Of a stretch of 60,981 nucleotides of DNA, positions 36,223 through 44,019 are shown piece by piece (within the stretch, counting starts at the first letter, position 1; the number at the start of each line of letters is the position of its first letter). This DNA comes from Candidatus Omnitrophota bacterium (GTDB taxonomy: Bacteria; Omnitrophota; Gorgyraeia; Gygaellales; Profunditerraquicolaceae), in contig JBAXLM010000001.1 in NCBI GenBank assembly GCA_037134795.1, positions 1-60,981 of the forward strand, written 5' to 3'. Both the position numbers and the translations under genes were made by a program. The notes below the pieces were generated by a model. It saw only the letters and a list, made by a program, of their open reading frames with translations. It ran no database searches and had not been told where the DNA came from.

Positions 36223-36251
36223 TTGACAAATGATACTATTATGGTATCATT
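36223..36251 (+). promoter_or_regulatory. Promoter TTGACA-16-TATCAT overlapped by a 23-bp 11-1-11 palindrome (candidate Rrf2/NsrR-type operator)
   Basis: TTGACA at 36223-28 and TATCAT at 36245-50. The palindrome AATGATACTAT-T-ATGGTATCATT spans 36229-36251, with 10 of 11 arm positions complementary. Confidence 0.6.
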
Positions 36252-36278
36252 TAACTAATGTAGAGGAGGTGATTAAAA

Positions 36279-36362
36279 ATGTTGGTAACGATAAAATATA
36301 TGCTGAGGCCGGTAGCTCACTGTAAAGAAGGCTGCAGTAGATTGTCCCGGGCACGACGTTAA
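36279..36362 (+). CDS. Unannotated 27-codon ORF with a strong SD, first cistron after the operator-controlled promoter
   Basis: GAGGAGGTGA 8 nt upstream of the ATG. Peptide MLVTIKYMLRPVAHCKEGCSRLSRARR contains CxxxC and a basic tail. Confidence 0.3.
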   Translation: MLVTIKYMLRPVAHCKEGCSRLSRARR

Positions 36363-36409
36363 ACTACCCATTGTTTTTATAAATTATAAATAAGGATTAG
36401 GAGTTTTTA

Positions 36410-36805
36410 ATGAAATTGATAACCAGGAATACGGATTACGCGTTACGCGCGCTTTGTTATATTGCCAAACAAGATAAATCAAAAGTAAGCGCAGAAGAAT
36501 TGGTTAATAAGCTTGGAGTGCCGCAGCCGTTTATGCGTAAGATTTTGCAGTTATTAAGTAAAAATAAAGTGCTGGAGTCTTCCAAAGGCCAAAACGGCGG
36601 ATTTAAATTACGCATTCCTGCTGGGAAAATTTATTTATTCAAGATAATGCGCATTTTTCAAGGTGAAGTAGTTTTAAACGCATGTTTCTTAAAAAAGAAT
36701 ATCTGCCCTAACAAAGGTAAGTGTGTCTTAAGAGATAAAATAAAAAGTATCGAGAATGATGTATTCAGGCAACTTAAGGCAATTAATATCGCTTCATTGC
36801 TATGA
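36410..36805 (+). CDS. Rrf2-family transcriptional regulator with three-Cys cluster-binding motif (NsrR/IscR-like)
   Basis: N-terminal wHTH (TRNTDYALRALCYIA...) and a C-x6-C-x5-C motif (CFLKKNICPNKGKC). Confidence 0.85.
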   Translation: MKLITRNTDYALRALCYIAKQDKSKVSAEELVNKLGVPQPFMRKILQLLSKNKVLESSKGQNGGFKLRIPAGKIYLFKIMRIFQGEVVLNACFLKKNICPNKGKCVLRDKIKSIENDVFRQLKAINIASLL

Positions 36806-36835
36806 AGGCGCTAGGGTATATAAAGGGGGTGTTCA

Positions 36836-38125
36836 ATGTTTTGCTATCAGTGTGAACAGACAGCGGGTGGAAGTGGTTGCACAAAACTTGGCGTTTGCGG
36901 CAAGAATGAAGATATCCAGAGCCTTCAGGATACTCTTTTATACGGTTTAAAAGGCATTGCGGCGTATGCTTATCATGCCCGGGAACTTGGTGTCCATGAA
37001 GAAGAGGTGGATGCGTTTATGCATGAGGCACTTTTTAAAACCGTGACTAATGTTAGCTTTGATTTAAACCAGTATCTGGATTTAGTTTTAAAATGCGGAG
37101 CAGTTAATTTAAAAACTATGGAGGTGCTGGATAGGGTACATACGCAAAAATTTGGCAATCCTGTTCCTACCGCGGTTGAAACCGGAACCAAAGCTGGGCC
37201 TGGTATTTTAGTTACCGGGCATGATTTACTTGATCTTTATGAGTTACTTAAACAAACCGAAGGAAGCGGAGTAAATGTTTATACGCATAGCGAGATGCTT
37301 CCTGCGCATGGATATCCTGAGCTTAAGAAATTTAAACATTTAGTAGGTAATTATGGCGGTGCTTGGCAGGAGCAGAAGAAAGAGTTTAATGCTTTTAGTG
37401 GCGCGTTGCTTGCTACGACTAACTGTATATTAATCCCTCCGGAAAGTACTTATCTAAATAGGTTATTTACTATAGGTATTACTGGTGTGCCGGGCGCAAC
37501 GCATTTAAAATCCAGGGATTTTAAAGCTTTAATTGAAAAAGCTAAATCTTTACCGCCTTTACCTGAAGCATCCGGTAAAAAGATCTGGACAGGTTTTCAT
37601 CACACAGCAATTTTAGGTTTAGCTGATAAAATTGTTAGTTTAGTTAAGCAAGGTAAGATTAAACATTTCTTTTTAATCGGCGGTTGTGATGGAGCTAAGC
37701 CCGGTAGAAATTATTATACTGAGTTTGCCGAAAAAGTACCTAAGGATTGTGTAATTCTTACACTTGCTTGCGGAAAATACCGGTTTAACAAACTGGATTT
37801 CGGTGATATTGAAGGAATTCCTAGGTTAATTGATTTAGGCCAGTGTAACAATGCTTATTCTGCGGTTCAGGTAGCGGTAGCTTTAGCTAAGGCGTTTAAC
37901 TGCACGGTAAATGAATTGCCTTTAACTTTAGTGCTATCTTGGTTTGAGCAAAAAGCAATTGCCATTCTGCTTACTTTGCTGTATCTTAATATTAAAGGAA
38001 TTTATATCGGCCCGACACCGCCGGCTTTTCTATCCAGAAATGTTTTTGCTGTTCTGCAAGATAAATTCGACTTAAAGTTAGTCAGTACGCCAGGCGAGGA
38101 TTTAAAGAAAATATTAAAAAAATAG
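36836..38125 (+). CDS. hcp: Hybrid cluster protein (hydroxylamine/NO reductase), short class
   Basis: MFCYQCEQTAGGSGCTKLGVCGK N-terminal cluster motif, then GGCDG, LACGKYRF and LGQCNNAYS. 429 aa. Confidence 0.9.
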   Translation: MFCYQCEQTAGGSGCTKLGVCGKNEDIQSLQDTLLYGLKGIAAYAYHARELGVHEEEVDAFMHEALFKTVTNVSFDLNQYLDLVLKCGAVNLKTMEVLDRVHTQKFGNPVPTAVETGTKAGPGILVTGHDLLDLYELLKQTEGSGVNVYTHSEMLPAHGYPELKKFKHLVGNYGGAWQEQKKEFNAFSGALLATTNCILIPPESTYLNRLFTIGITGVPGATHLKSRDFKALIEKAKSLPPLPEASGKKIWTGFHHTAILGLADKIVSLVKQGKIKHFFLIGGCDGAKPGRNYYTEFAEKVPKDCVILTLACGKYRFNKLDFGDIEGIPRLIDLGQCNNAYSAVQVAVALAKAFNCTVNELPLTLVLSWFEQKAIAILLTLLYLNIKGIYIGPTPPAFLSRNVFAVLQDKFDLKLVSTPGEDLKKILKK

Positions 38126-38138
38126 CGGGGAGGTAAAC

Positions 38139-38534
38139 ATGGCAGATTTAAAAGACCTATTGCAGAGCGCGGATTGGAAAACTGAAAAACATGTTCCGGT
38201 TATTGATGCGCCGGAGAAAATAAAAAAGGGTGAGGTTCTAAAACTAGAAGTAAGCGTGGGCAAGCAGATAGCCCATCCTAATACTACTGAGCATCATATT
38301 AAGTCTATTGAGGTATATTTTTTGGCAGCGGGTGAAAAATTCCCTTATCAGGTGGCCCGTTTTGAATTTAACACACACGGCGAATCTGTCCAGGGGCCGA
38401 ATACTAGTACGATATTTTCCGAGCCAAAAGTAACCACATCTTTTAAAACTGAAAAAAGTGGCCTGATTATGGCTACATCCTATTGCAATATCCATGGTAT
38501 TTGGAAAAGTGAAAAGGAAATTAAAATAGAATAA
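38139..38534 (+). CDS. Superoxide reductase (neelaredoxin-type, 1Fe-SOR)
   Basis: EKHVPVI, HPNTTEHHI and CNIHGIW iron-ligand motifs. 131 aa with no desulforedoxin domain. Confidence 0.85.
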   Translation: MADLKDLLQSADWKTEKHVPVIDAPEKIKKGEVLKLEVSVGKQIAHPNTTEHHIKSIEVYFLAAGEKFPYQVARFEFNTHGESVQGPNTSTIFSEPKVTTSFKTEKSGLIMATSYCNIHGIWKSEKEIKIE

Positions 38535-38562
38535 AAGATAGAACTTAAAAGAGGAGGTAAAT

Positions 38563-38865
38563 ATGTGTTGTATGTCAAAGATCTCGTCAATAATAGCTGT
38601 TATTCCAATCGCGCTTCTTCTGGCTTTGAGTTTTTTTGTTTTGTTATCAATTAATAAAGCGCAGACAAAAGTATTAAAGATTTTTGGTTATGCAGTTGCT
38701 GTTATCTTATGGTTAGCTGTTGCAACGATTATTTTAGGTGGAGTCTATGGGTTAGCTAAAGGCGGTGATAAGGCAAAATGCATGATGCAGAAAAAGATGA
38801 TGATGCAGAATGCCCAGGGAATGCCAGGAATGCTACCGGAACAGAAGGTTGGAAAGGGGAATTAA
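38563..38865 (+). CDS. Small two-TM membrane protein with a Met-rich C-terminal tail
   Basis: SD GAGGAGG 5 nt upstream. The tail is [23 protein letters not shown]. The stop overlaps the rubredoxin start. Confidence 0.5.
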   Translation: MCCMSKISSIIAVIPIALLLALSFFVLLSINKAQTKVLKIFGYAVAVILWLAVATIILGGVYGLAKGGDKAKCMMQKKMMMQNAQGMPGMLPEQKVGKGN

Positions 38866-39026
38866 TGAGTAAATATAAATGCTTAGTTTGCGGCTATATC
38901 TACTATCCTAGTGCGGGTGATCCAGAGAATGGAATTGCTCCGGGGACAAGTTTTGAAGATTTACCAAATACTTGGGTTTGCCCTGAATGCGGCGTAGGCA
39001 AAGATCAATTTGAAAAAATAGTTTAA
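38865..39026 (+). CDS. Rubredoxin
   Basis: A 53-aa protein, [13 protein letters not shown]...WVCPECG, with two CxxC motifs. The ATG overlaps the upstream TAA. The longer ORF-track start at 38778 was rejected. Confidence 0.9.
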   Translation: MSKYKCLVCGYIYYPSAGDPENGIAPGTSFEDLPNTWVCPECGVGKDQFEKIV

Positions 39027-39068
39027 AGGTTTTAACGCACATTAGGGCCTGCTTAAGGCTTAAAATAT

Positions 39069-39773
39069 ATGCCCGCGGAAATCAAAGCTAAAATAAAAGA
39101 AGTTATCCAGCGTAACTATAACGTGAAGAGTTTTCGCTTGGAGATTACTGATACATTAGATTTTAAAGCCGGGCAATTCCTTTCTGTTACGCTGGATAAC
39201 GATCCTAAACTAAAAAGATATCTTTCGATATCTAACTCTCCTACTGAAAAAGGTTATCTTGAGTTTACCAAGAAAATAACTCAGAGTGATTTTTCGCGAA
39301 TGCTTAATAGTTTAAAAACTAATGATCAGGTAACTATCCAATATCCTTTTGGAAAATTTGTTTTAGATGAGAGCGCGCGTAAAATTGCTTTTTTATCCGG
39401 GGGTATAGGTATAACTCCTATTAGAAGTATCTCCAAATATGTTGTGGATAAGAAATTAGGGATAGAGATCGTATTAATTTATTCTAACCGCACTGCAGGC
39501 GATATTGTTTTTAAAGATGATTTTGATGCTATGGCGAATGAGTATCCGCTTTTAAGGGTAGCGCATGTATTGTCTGTTGCTGAAGCAAATTTTAAATGTA
39601 CTGTTGGCCGTATTAATAGCGAGGTTATAAAAAACGAAATTCCGGATTACCAACAAAGAAAGTTTTATCTTTGTGGCCCGCCTCAGATGGTGGAGGCAAT
39701 GCGCAAAATACTGGCGGAAGATTTAAATTTGCCGACAGAAAAAATAGTTACAGAAAACTTTCAAGGTTATTAG
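39069..39773 (+). CDS. FNR-like FAD/NAD(P)-binding oxidoreductase (candidate NAD(P)H:rubredoxin reductase)
   Basis: RYLSISN (RxYS FAD motif), GGIGITP (NAD-binding) and CGPPQM. 234 aa with no Fe-S domain. Confidence 0.7.
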   Translation: MPAEIKAKIKEVIQRNYNVKSFRLEITDTLDFKAGQFLSVTLDNDPKLKRYLSISNSPTEKGYLEFTKKITQSDFSRMLNSLKTNDQVTIQYPFGKFVLDESARKIAFLSGGIGITPIRSISKYVVDKKLGIEIVLIYSNRTAGDIVFKDDFDAMANEYPLLRVAHVLSVAEANFKCTVGRINSEVIKNEIPDYQQRKFYLCGPPQMVEAMRKILAEDLNLPTEKIVTENFQGY

Positions 39774-39784
39774 GGGGTAAAGTT

Positions 39785-40975
39785 ATGGCTGCCATACAAA
39801 TATTACCTGGAATATATTCAGTAGGTGTGGTGGATTGGAATGTACGTAATTTCCACGGGCACACCTATACTACGGCCAGGGGTTCTTCTTATAACGCCTA
39901 TCTTATTATCGATGAGAAGGTCGCTCTTATCGATACTGTTTATGGCCCGTTTGCCCAAGAATTAATCTCAAATATTAAAGAAATCATCCCTCTTGAAAAA
40001 ATAGATTATATTATCGCTAATCATGTTGAAACAGACCACTCAGGAGCTTTGCCCAGCCTTATGCCGCTTTGCCCGAAGGCTAAGATTTTGGGCACGGCTA
40101 AATGCAAAGAAGGGCTGTATAAACATTATTACCAGAACTGGGATTTTCAGGTTGTTAAAACTAACGATACGCTAAAATTAGGCAAGCGTACGCTTAGTTT
40201 TATTGAGGCGCCGATGATCCATTGGCCGGATAGCATGTTTACGTATTCTGCTAGCGATGCTCTGCTTATGCCTAATGATGCTTTTGGCCAGCATTTTGCA
40301 GCGAGCGAAAGATTTGATGATCAGGTTGATCAATGCAGCTTGATGGAAGAGGCAGAAAAATATTACGCCAATATCCTTTGGCCTTTAGGATCGGTAATCT
40401 TAAAAAAAATCGAAGAGGTTAAAAATTTAAATATCCCGATTAAAATAATTGCACCCAGCCATGGGATTATCTGGCGTAAAGATCCGGGTAAGATAATTAA
40501 TGCTTATGTTTCCTGGGCTAAAGGAGAAACTAAAAATAAAGTGGTTATTGTTTATGAAACTATGTGGGGCGCGACTGCTCAGATGGCTAGAAAAATTGCT
40601 GAGGGCCTTACTGCTTCGCAAGTAGAGGTTAAGCTTTATAATGTGGCTGAAAGTGATCGCACCGAGATAATTACGCAGATGTTATCCGCTAAAGGTTTTT
40701 TATTTGGATCTTCTACGCACGACAATGATATGTTGCCTAACATTGCCGCATTCTTAGAGATAGTTAAAGGTTTAAAAGCCAAGGGGAGACTGGTGAGTTT
40801 TTTTGGCTCTTTCGGCTGGGGTGGCGGAGCAGTTAAGGAGATGTCTGAGATGCTTAAGGATAGCGGTGTGGATTTAAATCAACTTGCGGGGATATCTTTC
40901 AAATATGTTCCTGATAAAAACGAATTAAAAAGCTGTTTTGAATTTGGAAGTAATTTTGCTAAGCTCTTGAAATAG
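39785..40975 (+). CDS. Flavodiiron protein (rubredoxin:oxygen/NO oxidoreductase, FprA/ROO type)
   Basis: Metallo-beta-lactamase-like diiron motif NHVETDHSG plus a C-terminal flavodoxin domain (VVIVYETMWGAT...). The ATG at 39785 is preceded by GGGGG. Confidence 0.9.
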   Translation: MAAIQILPGIYSVGVVDWNVRNFHGHTYTTARGSSYNAYLIIDEKVALIDTVYGPFAQELISNIKEIIPLEKIDYIIANHVETDHSGALPSLMPLCPKAKILGTAKCKEGLYKHYYQNWDFQVVKTNDTLKLGKRTLSFIEAPMIHWPDSMFTYSASDALLMPNDAFGQHFAASERFDDQVDQCSLMEEAEKYYANILWPLGSVILKKIEEVKNLNIPIKIIAPSHGIIWRKDPGKIINAYVSWAKGETKNKVVIVYETMWGATAQMARKIAEGLTASQVEVKLYNVAESDRTEIITQMLSAKGFLFGSSTHDNDMLPNIAAFLEIVKGLKAKGRLVSFFGSFGWGGGAVKEMSEMLKDSGVDLNQLAGISFKYVPDKNELKSCFEFGSNFAKLLK

Positions 40976-40986
40976 GGCAAAATAAA

Positions 40987-41466
40987 ATGCAGCAAATTCC
41001 GACTCAAGTCATCGATTTTTTAAGTGCCCAAAGTTTTGTGATTGTTTCTTCTTTGGATAAAAACGGATTTCCCCATAGTTCCTGCAAGAATATAGTTAAG
41101 CTTGACCCTCTAGGGGAAGTTTATCTGATTGATGTTTATAGCGGTATAACCGGGGAGAATATAAAGCGTAATTCCCAGGTAAGTATCAGCGCTGTTGACG
41201 AGCATAAATTTGCAGGTTTTTGCCTGAAAGGTAAAGCTAAAATTTTACCCGATGACCATCTCAGCCAGGAGATTATCAAATCCTGGGAAGATAATATTAC
41301 ATCGCGGTTAACTCAAAGGCTCCTGAGGAATTTAGCTCAAGATAAAGCCCATAATCATCATCCGGAAGCTAGCCTGCCAAAACCAAAACATCTTATTATT
41401 ATGGAAGTAGAAGAGATAATTGATCTTGCTCCATATCATTTAAGAAAGAAAGGCATAGATGGCTAA
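40987..41466 (+). CDS. Pyridoxamine 5'-phosphate oxidase-like FMN-binding split-barrel protein
   Basis: 159 aa. The pattern FVIVSSLDKNGFPHSSCK...YLIDVYSG...NS is typical of the PNPOx-like family. Confidence 0.6.
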   Translation: MQQIPTQVIDFLSAQSFVIVSSLDKNGFPHSSCKNIVKLDPLGEVYLIDVYSGITGENIKRNSQVSISAVDEHKFAGFCLKGKAKILPDDHLSQEIIKSWEDNITSRLTQRLLRNLAQDKAHNHHPEASLPKPKHLIIMEVEEIIDLAPYHLRKKGIDG

Positions 41467-41695
41467 AAGCATTAAAGTTTATAGCACCCCTACATGCCCC
41501 TGGTGTGTTCGGGTTAAGCAATTTTTGAAAGAGAATAATATAAATTTCCAAAGTATTGATGTTTCTGCTGACAAGGCAGCTGCTGATGAGATGATGAAGA
41601 AAACCGGACAAATGGGTGTACCGGTATTAGATATTGATGGCGAGATTATTGTAGGGTTTGATAAAGCGAAAATAAGCAGATTATTAGAGATATAG
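41459..41695 (+). CDS. Glutaredoxin-like (NrdH/YruB-type) thiol-disulfide protein
   Basis: 78 aa with CPWC, and GVPVLDIDGEIIVGFD of the glutaredoxin fold. Confidence 0.75.
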   Translation: MAKSIKVYSTPTCPWCVRVKQFLKENNINFQSIDVSADKAAADEMMKKTGQMGVPVLDIDGEIIVGFDKAKISRLLEI

Positions 41696-41731
41696 ATTTG
41701 CGGTAGGCAGGGACTCGCAAATAAAATTTTT
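41696..41731 (+). terminator. Terminator-like hairpin after the glutaredoxin-like gene
   Basis: ATTTGCG (41696-41702) pairs with CGCAAAT (41716-41722) around a 13-nt loop, followed by AAAATTTTT. Confidence 0.45.
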
Positions 41732-41743
41732 CTAACTAATAAG

Positions 41744-41771
41744 TTGCAGACAACTTTTGTAGTGGTACAAT
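41744..41771 (+). promoter_or_regulatory. Promoter TTGCAG-16-TACAAT upstream of the Nfu gene
   Basis: TTGCAG at 41744-49 and TACAAT at 41766-71. A leader of about 40 nt with GGAG precedes the ATG at 41819. Confidence 0.45.
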
Positions 41772-41818
41772 TAGAACAGAAGAATAGAACAAGGATAATA
41801 CTTAAAAATGGAGAAAAA

Positions 41819-42040
41819 ATGAGAGAAAGAATCGAAAAGGCTTTAGATAAGGTTAGGCCAATGTTAGCAGCAGATGGCGGTAATGTAGAGTTAGTTGAAG
41901 TAACTAGCGACGGGATAGTTAAATTAAAGTTAAAGGGAAGTTGTAGCTGTTGTCCGATGAGTTCGATGACCCTAAAGAATGGGATTGAAAAAATACTAAA
42001 GCAGGAAGTTCCTGAAATCAAAGAAGTCGTGGCATTATAA
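41819..42040 (+). CDS. NifU C-terminal domain (Nfu-type) Fe-S scaffold/carrier
   Basis: 73 aa. [24 protein letters not shown]...GSCSCCPMS...TLKNGIE. The long TTG-started version in the ORF track was rejected. Confidence 0.8.
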   Translation: MRERIEKALDKVRPMLAADGGNVELVEVTSDGIVKLKLKGSCSCCPMSSMTLKNGIEKILKQEVPEIKEVVAL

Positions 42041-42049
42041 AGTTTTTTC

Positions 42050-42859
42050 GTGATAACTCTTTCGAAGAAACTTTCTTGTCTTAAGCGCATAATTTCCGGT
42101 TATAAATCATGCGTAATTGCTTTTTCCGGCGGCCAGGATAGTGGTCTTTTACTTAAAATTTGTTCTCTAGTTTTACCCAAAAATAAGTTTTTGGCAGTTA
42201 CCGCTGTTTCTGAAACTTATCCTTTGGCGGAATTAGCTAAGGCAAAAATACTGGCTCGCGACATAGGCGTAAGCATCAAGGTAATTAAAACCGCAGAGCT
42301 AGATAACAAAAAATTCTCGGATAATTCTATTTCGCGTTGTTATTTTTGTAAGAAAGAGCTTTTTTCAAAGTTAATTTTAATTGCTAAGCATAATAAATTA
42401 AATTTTGTAATAGATGCCAGCAATATTTCGGATAATTTAGATTATCGCCCGGGGAATATTGCCAAGAAAGAACTGGGTATTAAATCTCCATTATTGAAAG
42501 CGGGTTTTAGCAAACAAGATATCTGTAAATTAAGCAAGAAACTAGGTTTGCTTAGTTGGAATAAGCCTAGCCTGGCTTGTCTTGCTTCTCGGATACCCTA
42601 TGGTATTAAGATTACTGCCGGCTTGCTTAAGCGCATTGACCAAGCCGAGGTATATTTGGTTTCCTTAGGTTTTAAGGTTGTGCGTTTACGTCATTATAAT
42701 GGGCTTTGCCGTATTGAGGTGGGTAAAAACGAAATTCCGCGTTTACTAAATAAACGTCAGGAGATTGTGAGCAAGTTAAAAAAATTAGGTTATAATTATA
42801 TTACTCTAGATTTAGAAGGGTATCGTACGGGAAGTTTAAATGAGGTGATTAAGAAATGA
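42050..42859 (+). CDS. LarE-family PP-loop ATP-dependent sulfur transferase (TIGR00268-like)
   Basis: PP-loop AFSGGQDS. Three conserved-position Cys: CYFC, and C in ACLASRIPYG. GTG start. Confidence 0.75.
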   Translation: MITLSKKLSCLKRIISGYKSCVIAFSGGQDSGLLLKICSLVLPKNKFLAVTAVSETYPLAELAKAKILARDIGVSIKVIKTAELDNKKFSDNSISRCYFCKKELFSKLILIAKHNKLNFVIDASNISDNLDYRPGNIAKKELGIKSPLLKAGFSKQDICKLSKKLGLLSWNKPSLACLASRIPYGIKITAGLLKRIDQAEVYLVSLGFKVVRLRHYNGLCRIEVGKNEIPRLLNKRQEIVSKLKKLGYNYITLDLEGYRTGSLNEVIKK

Positions 42860-44019
42860 AAAAAGTGTACTTAGATTATGCGGCAACTACCCCGACAGAT
42901 CCGGAAGTAGTTTCTGCTATCGAGCCTTATTTCTTTGAGAAGTTCGGTAACCCCTCAAGTTTACATGCTTATGGCCAAGAGGCTAAAAAGGCAGTAGAGG
43001 ATAGCCGTGAAAGTTTAGCGGGATTTATTAATGCTTTGCCTGAGGAGATCATCTTTACTTCCGGTGGAACAGAGTCAGATAATTATGCGCTTTTCGGAGC
43101 TGCTTACGCGTTGGAGAAAAAAGGTAATCATATTATTACTTCGGTTATTGAGCATCACGCTATTAGCGAACCGGCTAAGTTATTAGAAAAAAAATGTTTT
43201 AAGGTTACTTATCTCAAAGTCGATAAAGACGGTTTGGTTTCTTGCGATGATTTAAAGAAAGCAATTACTGATAAGACTATTTTGATCAGTGTTATGCAGG
43301 CGAATAACGAGATCGGAACACTCCAGCCAATTGCGCAACTTGGTAAGATCGCCCGCGAAAAAGGAATTTATTTCCATACTGACGCAGTACAGACAGTTGG
43401 GCATATTCCAATAGATGTGGATCAGCTTAATGTAGATATGCTTTCGCTTTCCGCGCATAAATTTTACGGGCCCAAAGGAGTAGGCGCTTTATATGTTAGA
43501 AAAGGGATACGTATTGATACTTTTTTACGTGGGGGCGACCAGGAAAGAGGCAGGCGCGCCTCAACGCTTAATACCACCGGAATAGTAGGATTAGGCAAAG
43601 CAGTAGAATTATGCCAGAAACAGATGGGAGTTGAAATTAAATTTCAAAGTTCTTTACGCGATAGGCTGATTAAAGAGATTCCCGCAAGGATCCCTGAGGT
43701 AAGGCTTAATGGCCACCCTACTAAGCGGTTACCGAACAATGTAAATTTTTCTATTAAATATATTGAAGGAGAATCAATGCTTTTAAGTTTGGATATGTTT
43801 GGTATTGCTTGTTCAACTGGCTCAGCGTGCACATCCAGTTCTTTAGAGCCTTCACATGTTTTGTTGGCTATTGGTTTGGATCATGAAACTGCGCATGGCT
43901 CTCTTAGGATTACGCTTGGCCGTTGGACTAAAGAAAAAGATATTGATTATCTTTTAGAAAAGCTACCTCAAGTTGTGCAAAAACTCCGCGAGATGTCCCC
44001 GCTTTATGAAAAGAAATGA
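42856..44019 (+). CDS. nifS: Cysteine desulfurase (NifS/IscS class I)
   Basis: YLDYAATTP, SAHKFYGPKG (PLP lysine) and the active-site loop STGSACTS. Confidence 0.9.
   Translation: MKKVYLDYAATTPTDPEVVSAIEPYFFEKFGNPSSLHAYGQEAKKAVEDSRESLAGFINALPEEIIFTSGGTESDNYALFGAAYALEKKGNHIITSVIEHHAISEPAKLLEKKCFKVTYLKVDKDGLVSCDDLKKAITDKTILISVMQANNEIGTLQPIAQLGKIAREKGIYFHTDAVQTVGHIPIDVDQLNVDMLSLSAHKFYGPKGVGALYVRKGIRIDTFLRGGDQERGRRASTLNTTGIVGLGKAVELCQKQMGVEIKFQSSLRDRLIKEIPARIPEVRLNGHPTKRLPNNVNFSIKYIEGESMLLSLDMFGIACSTGSACTSSSLEPSHVLLAIGLDHETAHGSLRITLGRWTKEKDIDYLLEKLPQVVQKLREMSPLYEKK

Noticed and set aside
39671-39784. Long N-terminal extensions suggested by the ORF track for the flavodiiron protein (39671). The same applies to rubredoxin (38778), Nfu (41744), holA (4036), the secreted protein (23137), lnt (15422), the PfkB kinase (50600) and the lipoprotein (57126).
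   Set aside because: The extensions overlap the upstream genes and lack family similarity. Each internal ATG is preceded by an SD or forms an ATGA/TAATG coupling with the upstream stop, and each gives the canonical protein N-terminus.
41479-42090. A 203-aa minus-strand ORF, one of the longest unexplained ORFs in the track.
   Set aside because: It lies entirely antisense to the glutaredoxin-like and Nfu genes, which have clear family motifs. Its product is low-complexity (S/I/L/F-rich), with no SD and no recognisable motif. This is a typical shadow ORF in AT-rich DNA.
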